Source of the DNA: a virus
Reading direction: 5' to 3' (one strand)
IMG/VR virus record: IMGVR_UViG_3300009183_008543
Coordinates: 32,001 to 96,000 of that record
Length of the DNA: 64,000 nucleotides
The position numbers and the translations under genes were made by a program. Below the pieces are notes generated by a model. It did not search any database and was not told the DNA's origin. It saw only the letters and a list, made by a program, of their open reading frames with translations. Within the stretch, counting starts at the first letter, position 1. Every line of letters begins with the position of its first letter. Shown here in pieces: positions 39,788 through 48,966 of the stretch.

Positions 39788-39805
39788 ACAAAGAGGTGAT
39801 GTCAA

Positions 39806-40294
39806 ATGAAAAATATTATTTTATCAATCATTTTATGTTTTAGCTTAGTTGGATGCTCCAATTTCAATCCACGCATGCAAAATAAAATTGATAATAAGAA
39901 TGGTAAAATAGATGAAATAAAGAATAATCAAAATGGACTCATGCTTGAGCTTGGAAAACTTAGGCAAGATGCAGAAATTCAAAATAGTCAACTTAAAGAA
40001 GTTCAGCAAGGTATGCTAAATTTAAATGCCACAGGAATTCGCAATGAAAATAAAGGAGTTCAAATTTTACAAGGAGATGGAGCTTTGATACTAATATTTG
40101 CTTTAGGAACTGTTGCTATGTTGCTCTTCTATAAGAGAAAGTCAGATAAAAATGAAAAAATTGCAAATATCATGGCTAAAGAAGTGATGTTGCTAAATGA
40201 TCAAAAACTAAATGATAAAATTTTAAATTTATCCATAAAAACAAAACTAGAAAAAGATGTTTACAAGATGATGTTCAAACATATTAGGAAATAA
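39806..40294 (+). CDS. Lipoprotein with coiled coil and a second membrane anchor (spanin-like)
   Basis: Lipobox SLVG-C, coiled coil, then transmembrane ALILIFALGTVAMLLFY. Confidence 0.65.
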   Translation: MKNIILSIILCFSLVGCSNFNPRMQNKIDNKNGKIDEIKNNQNGLMLELGKLRQDAEIQNSQLKEVQQGMLNLNATGIRNENKGVQILQGDGALILIFALGTVAMLLFYKRKSDKNEKIANIMAKEVMLLNDQKLNDKILNLSIKTKLEKDVYKMMFKHIRK

Positions 40295-40576
40295 TTACTT
40301 AACATCAAATCCCTGCAAAACTGTTTTTAGCTTTATAAATCCAGAACAATTATCTCCCAAAGGAACTCCATCAAGATAAGGATTATTTCCTTTTGATTTA
40401 GAATTTGCAATAAAATCATCCACATCAGTATCAATCATATGCCTTTTCTGCTTTATCAATTTCAAACAATAGTATTTCGAATGATCCGAATCATCTTGTT
40501 CTAAGTATCTGCATTGATCTGATGGGTTAGAAAAATCTCCATAACAAACATGCTTTATTTGCTTTAGGCTCAACAT
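40295..40576 (-). CDS. Hypothetical protein with four spaced Cys
   Basis: AGGAG RBS before MLSLKQ. VC...QCRYL...YCLK...DNCSG. Confidence 0.6.
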   Translation of the reverse strand: MLSLKQIKHVCYGDFSNPSDQCRYLEQDDSDHSKYYCLKLIKQKRHMIDTDVDDFIANSKSKGNNPYLDGVPLGDNCSGFIKLKTVLQGFDVK

Positions 40577-40580
40577 ATAA

Positions 40581-41081
40581 TCAACTCCTATGAATAGAAA
40601 TTTGTTTTCCAATTTGTGAAATTAGAATTCCATTAGCATGATCTATTTCGTGCTGACATATAATGCATTTGAATCCAGAAACCTCTTCATCAACATCAAT
40701 AAGATTCAATGTCGGATCTGTGGGAGAAACCACTAGCTTCTTGCCTTTTAATTTTATCTTTGGAAACCTTAATACTTCATATTGCTTTAATGTTCCATCA
40801 TCATTTCGAAGTGACAAACAACCTTCTAAATAATTTATTTTTTCGCCTATCCCATCATAACTGCAATTTACAAGATATTCAAAACCAATATCTTTGATGG
40901 CGATAAAAAAATTATACGGCACATTGACTTGTGTTGCAGATAAGCCAACACCTCTATTTTTTACGCAAAGTTCCTCCATATGAATTGCCAATTTATAAAT
41001 ATCCATCAAATCATCTAATGGAATATCTTTGCCAATTGGTATTTCTTCTGGAGGAATTAATTTAAGATTTTTAAAATCCAT
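40581..41081 (-). CDS. def: Peptide deformylase
   Basis: All three motifs present: GVGLSATQV, EGCLS, QHEIDHANG. Confidence 0.93.
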   Translation of the reverse strand: MDFKNLKLIPPEEIPIGKDIPLDDLMDIYKLAIHMEELCVKNRGVGLSATQVNVPYNFFIAIKDIGFEYLVNCSYDGIGEKINYLEGCLSLRNDDGTLKQYEVLRFPKIKLKGKKLVVSPTDPTLNLIDVDEEVSGFKCIICQHEIDHANGILISQIGKQISIHRS

Positions 41082-41083
41082 TA

Positions 41084-41347
41084 TTATTCTTTAATAGATG
41101 TTAATGTTCCTACAACAGCTTCCACTCTTTGAGATAGCCAATCCTTAAGTGCTACATCATTTTTGCGAAGATCCTTAGGAACTTTCAATATTACCATGTC
41201 AACATTATCTTCTTCATTTAAAAATTTGTCTGCCAAATCTCTTACCAATTTAGAAACAGATACATTTCTTTTCTTGGCAACCGATTTAAGCTTTTCTTGA
41301 ATGTCCGTATCCATGGACAAACTAAGAATATTTCCTTTTTTACTCAT
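41084..41347 (-). CDS. Ribbon-helix-helix (CopG-like) DNA-binding protein
   Basis: LSLSMDTDIQEKLKSVAKKRNVSVSKLVRDL. Confidence 0.75.
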   Translation of the reverse strand: MSKKGNILSLSMDTDIQEKLKSVAKKRNVSVSKLVRDLADKFLNEEDNVDMVILKVPKDLRKNDVALKDWLSQRVEAVVGTLTSIKE

Positions 41348-41352
41348 GTTAC

Positions 41353-41637
41353 CTACTTCTTTTTCTTGTTTGTGCGATTGTCTTTCTTTTCCGTTTTTCG
41401 ATTCGGGAAATTCTCACGCAATTTTACTTTCAAACGCTGAAGTTCTGCATCTCTCTTTTTCTTACGCTTCTTGCGTCTCTCGCTTTCATAGAACTCATGT
41501 TCTTTATAATCATGTAAAATTCCAGCATCGGTAACAGCTTTTTTAAATGTAGCGAACATTCTTCTAAACGCTGTTTCTCTTTCATCTCTAGAACAATTAG
41601 GATGCAAGTCACGCATCTCAACTCTAACAAGCCTCAT
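41353..41637 (-). CDS. rpsU: Ribosomal protein bS21 homolog
   Basis: FRRMFATFKKAVTDAGILHDYKEHEFYES...RKKRKKKRDA matches bS21 (FKR-x-V-x-x-x-GIL-x-E-x-x-x-REFYEKP). GAGGT RBS. Confidence 0.85.
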   Translation of the reverse strand: MRLVRVEMRDLHPNCSRDERETAFRRMFATFKKAVTDAGILHDYKEHEFYESERRKKRKKKRDAELQRLKVKLRENFPNRKTEKKDNRTNKKKK

Positions 41638-41645
41638 AAAACACC

Positions 41646-42782
41646 TCAATCTCTGTTAATTTTCAACAATTTAATGCCTAATTTCAAAGGCTCTATCTCA
41701 CGAACCACTTCCTCGTATGAAACCTTTTCATATATTTCGGATGTCATCGGCCAGTTATCACGATCCAACTCTGGTAAAAATAGATTTAATCTACTAACGA
41801 TGCATTGCAGAATGTCCTGATTCCACATTTCTATAGTTCCATCAGTTATAATAGTGCTAAATGTAAAAATATGCTGCTTTGGAAGTTCCAAAGAAGATAA
41901 ATCTTCCACTTCATAATCTTTAAGATTGTTATATCTAGATCTTTCATCTATACAAAGAAATGGAGTTCTAGCCATCATAGCGAAACGAGAAATCCCATTA
42001 AATACATCAAGTACACAACCAGATGTACGCATGGCGGATAAAACCTTAGTGATATCCTTATCATTAAAAAACAAACAATCATCTATAAATTCTGGCGATA
42101 TATCATATGAAAAATTGCTTTGCCATATGACTGGCACAAATCCATTAGCGATGAGCTTTTTGGTAAGTGCTATCCAGAAATCTTTTTTAGACCTAACATT
42201 TGTAGACTTTCCATTGTGCCATAATTTGCAAAATATAGTTGGAGAAAACAAAACCTTAAATCCAGCCCTATTGTTGATTTGCCTTACAAATTCTTTTCCA
42301 AGAATTGAACTTGAAGGAACAAAAGGAAGAAAAACTTCTATATCTTTTTCTGTAAACTCTTTTTTCAATCCATTAAAATAATTGACAGAAATCTCTTTTA
42401 TATCAATGACATTTCTGAAAAACTCATTCAAATTTCTTTTATATACAGTTATAATATCGCATGTATTTTCGAAGCCAATGGCTTTTTCATATATGCGACT
42501 TATTTGACCTTCATCTGAAAATCCCCAATACTCATCAACATATGGGAACAAACCAGCCATTCCCGGATAAGAACAAAGAATAAAATATTTTGATGTTTTG
42601 TTCTTTTTTCTAAATACATGCAGAAACAAAGAAGATAAAATAAACAAAGTGCAAAAATCGCCAAAAAATGGAATAATGCAAACATCACCAAAATCAGTTG
42701 GAATGTTTTTCTCTTCATATCTTTCACGAACAAATCCATTTCGTTGCGATGCTCTTTTAAGAAAATCTGATACATTATTCAA
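41646..42782 (-). CDS. Putative GT-B fold (GT9-like) glycosyltransferase
   Basis: FFGDF...LFPYVDEYW...DFWIALTKKL...VLDVFNGISRFAMMARTP, the architecture of GT9 heptosyltransferases. Confidence 0.5.
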   Translation of the reverse strand: MNNVSDFLKRASQRNGFVRERYEEKNIPTDFGDVCIIPFFGDFCTLFILSSLFLHVFRKKNKTSKYFILCSYPGMAGLFPYVDEYWGFSDEGQISRIYEKAIGFENTCDIITVYKRNLNEFFRNVIDIKEISVNYFNGLKKEFTEKDIEVFLPFVPSSSILGKEFVRQINNRAGFKVLFSPTIFCKLWHNGKSTNVRSKKDFWIALTKKLIANGFVPVIWQSNFSYDISPEFIDDCLFFNDKDITKVLSAMRTSGCVLDVFNGISRFAMMARTPFLCIDERSRYNNLKDYEVEDLSSLELPKQHIFTFSTIITDGTIEMWNQDILQCIVSRLNLFLPELDRDNWPMTSEIYEKVSYEEVVREIEPLKLGIKLLKINRD

Positions 42783-42783
42783 T

Positions 42784-43998
42784 TTATACTTTCCTCCACC
42801 AATAATCTAGTTTTTCTGTGTTCATTCTCACCATGTCGGGATTGTCTATCATTGCTATTTTTGTTTCAAAATTTCCAGATGTAATTTCTTGAATTGCTTC
42901 TTTGGCAACTTTAATTCCTTGATCTTCGTCATTTGTCAATTTGAAAAAATTTGCAATAACTATCTTCTTTTTGTCATAGTCAGTAGTCAAAATAACACGC
43001 ATTCCTTCCTGACCATGACCAACTAATTGATCTGCACTCTCGAAAAGTATCCATGGTGTTTTTACCATTGATGCAAGGCGAGTTGATGCTGTGTAAAACT
43101 GTATAGTAAATTTACATTGAGATAATATTGCCAAAGTAAACTCTAAATCTCTTGCCTCTTGCCTATTTGTAAAATCAACTATTGAATCATCTGGACATGG
43201 ATATACACTTTGTTTTTCACCCATCCAAATTGGGTTATATCCCATCGATTTAAGCAAATTGATAAGGCTCTTATAAAATTCAATACTTAAATTTCTTCCA
43301 TATCGCTTTCTGTTTCTAGCAAAAATAGCAACAGAATTTTCTCGCATGATAAGTTTCGCTTGTTCCTTCTTGCCTTCGCTTGGTTTTGGCGTTGAAACAA
43401 ATCTTTTTTTACTTACACCCAAATCACCAAACAAAGGCTTCACCAAATTGGTGCTTGAACATTTATCACACTTTGTATCAATGTGATTGTGCGATACAAA
43501 ATAATTCTTACATTCAGTGCAAAAATATTGCACACACAATTGAGCCATAGAACTGCCAGTAACCACACGACCAAATTGACTTAACTTAATTTCAAACTTA
43601 CTTATATTTCTTGAATCATTACGAAAAGCATCAGAATATTCACGCAACCATTGGTGGTCTTCATCTAACTCCCAATACTCATCAGCTATCTTACTATAAA
43701 GAAATTGTCTTCCATACCAACCGACCACTATCACATAACAATCTGGATTTGCATGAATTATTTGAGGCAAACAAAAGCATATTCCTATAGTCTCGACTCC
43801 AAATTCGTAAAAAGATGGAACCAACAATATCTTCCTGTTGTCGGTTGGTTTAACTCTATTGGTAAATTTATGAATGTGAAAGTTAAGAGATTCTAACTTT
43901 CTTTCTGGTATCATTTTAATTCTACTACCAGAAGCATAATCATAAGCTGGTAGTAATTTTAATTTTTTATTGGGAGTTGTTTTGCTATTTGACCACAT
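42784..43998 (-). CDS. Putative GT-B fold (GT9-like) glycosyltransferase with inserted zinc ribbon
   Basis: EFGVE...IADEYW...RNLSIEFYKSLI...LAILSQCKF...RLASMVKTP. Insert CTEC...CDKC. The start may be further downstream (43914). Confidence 0.55.
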   Translation of the reverse strand: MWSNSKTTPNKKLKLLPAYDYASGSRIKMIPERKLESLNFHIHKFTNRVKPTDNRKILLVPSFYEFGVETIGICFCLPQIIHANPDCYVIVVGWYGRQFLYSKIADEYWELDEDHQWLREYSDAFRNDSRNISKFEIKLSQFGRVVTGSSMAQLCVQYFCTECKNYFVSHNHIDTKCDKCSSTNLVKPLFGDLGVSKKRFVSTPKPSEGKKEQAKLIMRENSVAIFARNRKRYGRNLSIEFYKSLINLLKSMGYNPIWMGEKQSVYPCPDDSIVDFTNRQEARDLEFTLAILSQCKFTIQFYTASTRLASMVKTPWILFESADQLVGHGQEGMRVILTTDYDKKKIVIANFFKLTNDEDQGIKVAKEAIQEITSGNFETKIAMIDNPDMVRMNTEKLDYWWRKV

Positions 43999-44138
43999 TT
44001 AGGACACCTAAATCTTCTGAATTGCTTGCATTTAGTACAAGACTTATATTCAAACAAATCCTTAACTTGCTCTGGCTCATTGTCTACGACTCTTGACCAG
44101 CTACATTTGACGCATTTTATAATATGTCTGTTAGCCAT
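43959..44138 (-). CDS. Small zinc-finger protein (59 aa, three CxxC)
   Basis: Absent from the ORF track. MANRHIIKCVKCSWSRVVDNEPEQVKDLFEYKSCTKCKQFRRFRCPKCGQIAKQLPIKN. Its start overlaps the upstream stop codon. Confidence 0.7.
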   Translation of the reverse strand: MANRHIIKCVKCSWSRVVDNEPEQVKDLFEYKSCTKCKQFRRFRCPKCGQIAKQLPIKN

Positions 44139-44532
44139 ATGTAAACCTATTAGACTTAAGCCAATCTGAAAATTTTATATCTTCTCCATTTTGAGCGAAA
44201 ATAAAATCAATAATGTAAAAGTCAGATGACTTCGAAATGATTATCATCCGAGGTTTTTCTACTTTATTTAAGAAATTAATGATTTTATTTTTCGCAGAAG
44301 ATTTTATCTTTAGCGGTGTTTTTCCATAAATACATGATAATTCTCCATTTGAAGTGAAAGAAACTTCAAATGCATCATCGACAATTCTAATGCTTTTAAC
44401 TTTGTATGATTTTCCAAAATTTTCAATAATAGAAGATTTTTTATAATAACCAATACCATTTACAGCACAATAAAGATGAGCAGATATGAGAACAAATAGA
44501 ATTATCAATAAAAAATTTCTTTTACTCATCAT
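44131..44532 (-). CDS. Membrane-anchored hypothetical protein
   Basis: N-terminal hydrophobic helix. Confidence 0.6.
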   Translation of the reverse strand: MMSKRNFLLIILFVLISAHLYCAVNGIGYYKKSSIIENFGKSYKVKSIRIVDDAFEVSFTSNGELSCIYGKTPLKIKSSAKNKIINFLNKVEKPRMIIISKSSDFYIIDFIFAQNGEDIKFSDWLKSNRFTYG

Positions 44533-44546
44533 ATCCGCATAAGTTT

Positions 44547-45149
44547 TTACTTTTTGGTGTCTATAGTGCTGCCGTTGAGAGAATCGCTCAACTTATCAAT
44601 TTCTTTAAACATCTTGTCAATTGCAGATTGTGCGCTCTTAGAATCTTTTCCAAGAGTTTCATTTTTCTGCATTTCTGACAACATGGAATGAAGTTTTGAT
44701 TTGAGTTCAATCAAATCATCTAAAAGCTTTCCATTTGTGAAATTGTTTTCTGGCTTAATCTTGTTGTCTTTTCCAATAGTATTTGGATAAACAGGATTGT
44801 TTGTATTAGCCATTTTTTTGCTATAACTCTTGATCTTTTTTTTGCTTGGAGTTTTCTCCTCAGTCAAAAAAACATCAGATTCATCAGATTGATCGGAATA
44901 AGAATTATCAGAATAAGATTCCTTATTAGAAAAAGATGAATCGCCAAGCGTTACCATAACATCTTTCCAATTAGAAATATCTGAATCTGTAATTTCAGTA
45001 TCTTTTCCTGTCATCTGACCAAAAAAGTCAACTTCTTTATTGTTGTTATTTGTTTGTTGTTTTGGCTTTACATCATCAAAGATGCCAGCAGCCAAAGCTT
45101 TATCCCATTGTGCGCTTAATTTATCAATATCATCTTTAAAACTAGACAT
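44547..45149 (-). CDS. Hypothetical acidic/coiled-coil protein
   Basis: Probable start MSSFKDD. C-terminal helical region. Confidence 0.65.
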   Translation of the reverse strand: MSSFKDDIDKLSAQWDKALAAGIFDDVKPKQQTNNNNKEVDFFGQMTGKDTEITDSDISNWKDVMVTLGDSSFSNKESYSDNSYSDQSDESDVFLTEEKTPSKKKIKSYSKKMANTNNPVYPNTIGKDNKIKPENNFTNGKLLDDLIELKSKLHSMLSEMQKNETLGKDSKSAQSAIDKMFKEIDKLSDSLNGSTIDTKK

Positions 45150-45270
45150 TCTTTTCACCATTCTTTCTTCCAAGCAGTTTGTCAACCAATTGTTTAACCC
45201 AGTCTGGTTGAGGTAAAAAATTCCATCCTATTATCAATCCAGCCACAAAACACAATATGTAAGTAACCAT
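45142..45270 (-). CDS. Small membrane peptide (42 aa)
   Basis: Absent from the ORF track. AAGGAG RBS, MVTYILCFVAGLIIGWNFLPQPDWVKQLVDKLLGRKNGEKNV. Confidence 0.65.
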   Translation of the reverse strand: MVTYILCFVAGLIIGWNFLPQPDWVKQLVDKLLGRKNGEKNV

Positions 45271-45347
45271 ATGACTCCTTCATGTTTAATTTATATATTG
45301 TTTGTTTTTTGATATTCCCTTACAATTAAATAATAAAGGAGAAAAAA

Positions 45348-46298
45348 ATGCCTCACGATCATATGATTTTTTCTGTAGAAGAATGCGAAAACGCAACACT
45401 AATTCCCGAAAAAAATACAGCAATAATAGCCACATATCAAGGTCCGATAAAACTTCTCATGCTGACACTATTCAGCCTCCTTCTTAGGAGTAATCAAAAA
45501 TATCTTGAACACATCATAGTTTGCATCAATGGTCCAGACACAAGATGTGGAGACCCATCACTTCAAGACAAAAAACAGAAATTCCTTGAAGAACTAAGAA
45601 ATATGAAGTGGGAAAACAAAGACATGCCATTGACCGTCATAAGGGCATGGAGCAGAGTTGGACATAGCCAAGCACTAGAAATGGCAATTCCTTGGGTTCA
45701 TACAGAATACTACACAATCATGCATGATGACATCGTTGTGTTGGAAAATGATTGGTGCGAAGAAGCTAATGAAATATTTAAAGATCCCAAGGTTGCCATT
45801 GTACAAAATGGAGTTCCATATTTTGGAGCATGTGCTGAAATAGTCATGGATAAAACCATGAATTGGATTGAAACGGCACATATGAACTCCACATTCATCA
45901 TGTGTAAAAAATCAATTCTCACAGAATTAGGATGCAGATGGTATGGATATTATATTAAAAAAGATTACAGTATGAAGAATATAAATTATAAAGAATATAA
46001 AAACAAAAATATACAGTACAAATCAAATATTGAATTTCCGAAAGAAAATAGCGACTACAATGGTATAAGTTTTGACATAGGATCTTGGGTAATGTACAAA
46101 ATAAAAAACAATAATTACAAAATTGAAATTTTTTCAAATAAAAAAATAGAACATTTTTGGAGTGCCAGTTGGACTCCAGATAAAAATTATCTTGAGAACA
46201 CGGAAATCCAATACAAAAATGTGTTCGAAAGTATTGAAAAAGAAATAAACAACCATCCTCAGTTCGCAGAACTTTACAAAAAATACAATAATTCTTAA
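45348..46298 (+). CDS. Glycosyltransferase family 2 protein
   Basis: AIIATY, GHSQALE, TEYYTIMHDDIVV, FDIG, IEHFWSAS. AAAGGAG RBS. Confidence 0.75.
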   Translation: MPHDHMIFSVEECENATLIPEKNTAIIATYQGPIKLLMLTLFSLLLRSNQKYLEHIIVCINGPDTRCGDPSLQDKKQKFLEELRNMKWENKDMPLTVIRAWSRVGHSQALEMAIPWVHTEYYTIMHDDIVVLENDWCEEANEIFKDPKVAIVQNGVPYFGACAEIVMDKTMNWIETAHMNSTFIMCKKSILTELGCRWYGYYIKKDYSMKNINYKEYKNKNIQYKSNIEFPKENSDYNGISFDIGSWVMYKIKNNNYKIEIFSNKKIEHFWSASWTPDKNYLENTEIQYKNVFESIEKEINNHPQFAELYKKYNNS

Positions 46299-46308
46299 GG
46301 AGTTAAAT

Positions 46309-47964
46309 ATGCTTACATACATCAAAGAACTTGCCATAATACCACAAGATACATGTGAAAAACTTGCTGTTGTTGTCACATACAACCGTAAAGAATTTGT
46401 ATCTAAATGGTTGAAAGCTTGGAACAATGCAGAGCATTATGGCGTTAAACTAGCTGTAATTCATACATTTGAAGGCGATAAACCAAAACAAGATGAAATG
46501 GAAAATATACTTCAATATAAACCAACCTATTATATTCCAGTACATAATAGCATATTAAGAGATTTTGGACCACTTATGATGGTTCTGAAAAATCTCACAG
46601 AACTTCCAAATTGGGAATATCTCTTCTGGTTCACAGACGATATGCTTCCGATGAGAAGAACATTCCTTCGTCCTTTTGTTGAAAAAATAATCTCACCAGA
46701 TGTTGGACTTGTAGCTCAATGTTATGAACCAAAAACTACATCTGGTGGCGGTGGACACATAAGAACCATAGCCTATGCGACAAAAAGAGAAGTAACCGAC
46801 AAGCTTAAACTTCCAGATCCAAAAATACAAGGTGGAAATTGCGGATTTGCATTTGAATACCACGCAGGAAGCCACATACTAGAACAAGTGACTAATCTAG
46901 GATATAGATTCGAATTAGCACATGGTGGTCTTCCCGATTCTTTAGGCTATCAGCATTGGACTTCATTCCTTGATTGGATGTGGGATTGTCATCTTCTTGG
47001 TTCTTGGACAGAATATTTGGATGTTTATGAAGAACAATTCAAATCAATTCAAAGGATTGAACATGCCTCTGGTAAAATTGAAACTTTACTTTCTATTGGC
47101 GAATGCGAAAAAAGAACTTTAAGTCAAAAAAAATTATCATTTTTGATCGAATCCTCTTATTTTTCATCTTCGTGTGATTTTGTCACTTGTATTGCTTCTA
47201 TTTTAAACAATTTCCCAAACAAATATCTAGAAGAAATAATCATCGGAATTCATGGAAATGATGAAGATGTATTAGATCAAAAACAAATAATTTTACAAGA
47301 AATTAAAAAAAATTGTTCAACCATACCAATCTCTTTTATTCGAACATCTAATGGAACTAAATCATCAATAATAAAAGATCAACTTGTATTGATGTGTAAA
47401 AGTGAATCTTATGCACTTCTAGATGACACGGTAAAAATTGAAAAAGGAGATTGGGAAAAGCATATGGATAATTTTTTCTCAAATGATAATTTAGCAATTA
47501 TTTGTTGGCAAAGAAATAATGCCACAAAACTTAAATGCGAAAATGAAAAAATGCAAATGCCAAGTATATCCGATAAATTCATTATATGTAAAAAACATAT
47601 AATGAAAGAAATTAATGCAAGTTGGGAAGATTATGAAATTGAATTTAAATTTGGAATAAGCAATTTTGTCAGTTATAATAAATTTATACAATGGCATGAA
47701 AAAAATAAAAGTATAATTAGCAGACGACCAGAAGAAGACAAGTATTTTGAAAAAATTGTATTAAAAAGCGGTTCATTTGTAATTGATAAAATTATAAATA
47801 ACAATTACACAATTGATAAAATTGATGCAGAAATGATTGTTGAAATAAAAGAATCAGATTGTGGAATTTTTAGAAACACAGAAATAAACAATAATTTTTT
47901 TGTTAATATTAAAAACATCATTGAGATAGAAAAGTTAAATTCTCAGGAACAAGTAATTTCTTAA
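46309..47964 (+). CDS. Two-domain glycosyltransferase-like protein
   Basis: N-terminal GT-A-like domain (VVVTYNR, RDFG, WFTDD, HIRT). The C-terminal half is a diverged copy of the upstream GT2. Confidence 0.65.
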   Translation: MLTYIKELAIIPQDTCEKLAVVVTYNRKEFVSKWLKAWNNAEHYGVKLAVIHTFEGDKPKQDEMENILQYKPTYYIPVHNSILRDFGPLMMVLKNLTELPNWEYLFWFTDDMLPMRRTFLRPFVEKIISPDVGLVAQCYEPKTTSGGGGHIRTIAYATKREVTDKLKLPDPKIQGGNCGFAFEYHAGSHILEQVTNLGYRFELAHGGLPDSLGYQHWTSFLDWMWDCHLLGSWTEYLDVYEEQFKSIQRIEHASGKIETLLSIGECEKRTLSQKKLSFLIESSYFSSSCDFVTCIASILNNFPNKYLEEIIIGIHGNDEDVLDQKQIILQEIKKNCSTIPISFIRTSNGTKSSIIKDQLVLMCKSESYALLDDTVKIEKGDWEKHMDNFFSNDNLAIICWQRNNATKLKCENEKMQMPSISDKFIICKKHIMKEINASWEDYEIEFKFGISNFVSYNKFIQWHEKNKSIISRRPEEDKYFEKIVLKSGSFVIDKIINNNYTIDKIDAEMIVEIKESDCGIFRNTEINNNFFVNIKNIIEIEKLNSQEQVIS

Positions 47965-48475
47965 GGCTTTCTTCAGTTACAATTACTTCTCCAAATTGTC
48001 TGTGCCATCCTCGTCTCTTGCCCTTATATACAGTATTTCCTTCAAGGAAATACTGTATAGCCTTACGAGTTCTTTCAGCATAAAAGTTGCTATAAAGAGC
48101 CTCTTCAAAATTATCTAAAGAAATATCATAGGAACTAGAAGATCTCAATAAAATTGTAAATAAGGATCTTCTCATCGTGTATTTCAGCCACCACTTACTT
48201 GGCTTTACATACATAATATGTTTTTTTTGAGTAGGACCAAAAATACTTTTTTCTTGAACATTTAAAATCGTTTCTATTTTTTCAAAAAAAGCATTTAGTG
48301 ATTTATTTCTTGAGACTGGATGAGCATAAAAAAATAGTTTGGCATTATACATTTGATTGTGCCAAATCTCTCTGCAATGATACCAATTCTTGACAACATA
48401 TCTTTCGTTTTTTATTCCATTCGGTTTCCCGAAAGAACCAATAGAAGGACGATATACAGTATCGATTAAAATCAT
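47918..48475 (-). CDS. Hypothetical protein, paralog of 10469..11125
   Basis: WYHCRE, PSKWWL, RRSLFTILLR, NFEEALY, GWHRQF. Confidence 0.7.
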   Translation of the reverse strand: MILIDTVYRPSIGSFGKPNGIKNERYVVKNWYHCREIWHNQMYNAKLFFYAHPVSRNKSLNAFFEKIETILNVQEKSIFGPTQKKHIMYVKPSKWWLKYTMRRSLFTILLRSSSSYDISLDNFEEALYSNFYAERTRKAIQYFLEGNTVYKGKRRGWHRQFGEVIVTEESLKKLLVPENLTFLSQ

Positions 48476-48485
48476 ATCACCAATA

Positions 48486-48965
48486 TTATTCGCTTTTTTC
48501 TTTGTCATCAATGCTATCTACGATTTTTGCTGTTATTTTACACTTTTTATTCGATGCGTCTAAAAACTCATCCATGTTTTTTACATTTATCAATACCCAA
48601 TGAGGATCATTTGAAGGAAAATTTTCTTTTTGTGTATAATAAAAAGATTCCAAAGTATATTTGTAAACCTTTTTTTCAACATCTTCTTTAGTCATTCCAT
48701 AAACAAGATCATCACAAACTTCTCTTACTATACGAATAGATTCCTTTTCTGTGGCACAACCAAGATTCCTCATTACAGAAACAGCTGCTTCTGCTTTGTC
48801 TTTATGCAACAAATCAATTATATTTTTCTTCATAAGACCATCAATAAATTCAGCAATTGCGGTATACTTTACCATAATCTGACCTTTTTGTGGCTTATGT
48901 CTTCTGACATCAAAAAAATACTGCTCAAAGTTATTCTCATCAATAATCAATTCTGAATCGCTCAT
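48486..48965 (-). CDS. Hypothetical protein
   Basis: GAGG RBS, directly downstream of dnaE. Confidence 0.65.
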   Translation of the reverse strand: MSDSELIIDENNFEQYFFDVRRHKPQKGQIMVKYTAIAEFIDGLMKKNIIDLLHKDKAEAAVSVMRNLGCATEKESIRIVREVCDDLVYGMTKEDVEKKVYKYTLESFYYTQKENFPSNDPHWVLINVKNMDEFLDASNKKCKITAKIVDSIDDKEKSE

Positions 48966-48966
48966 A

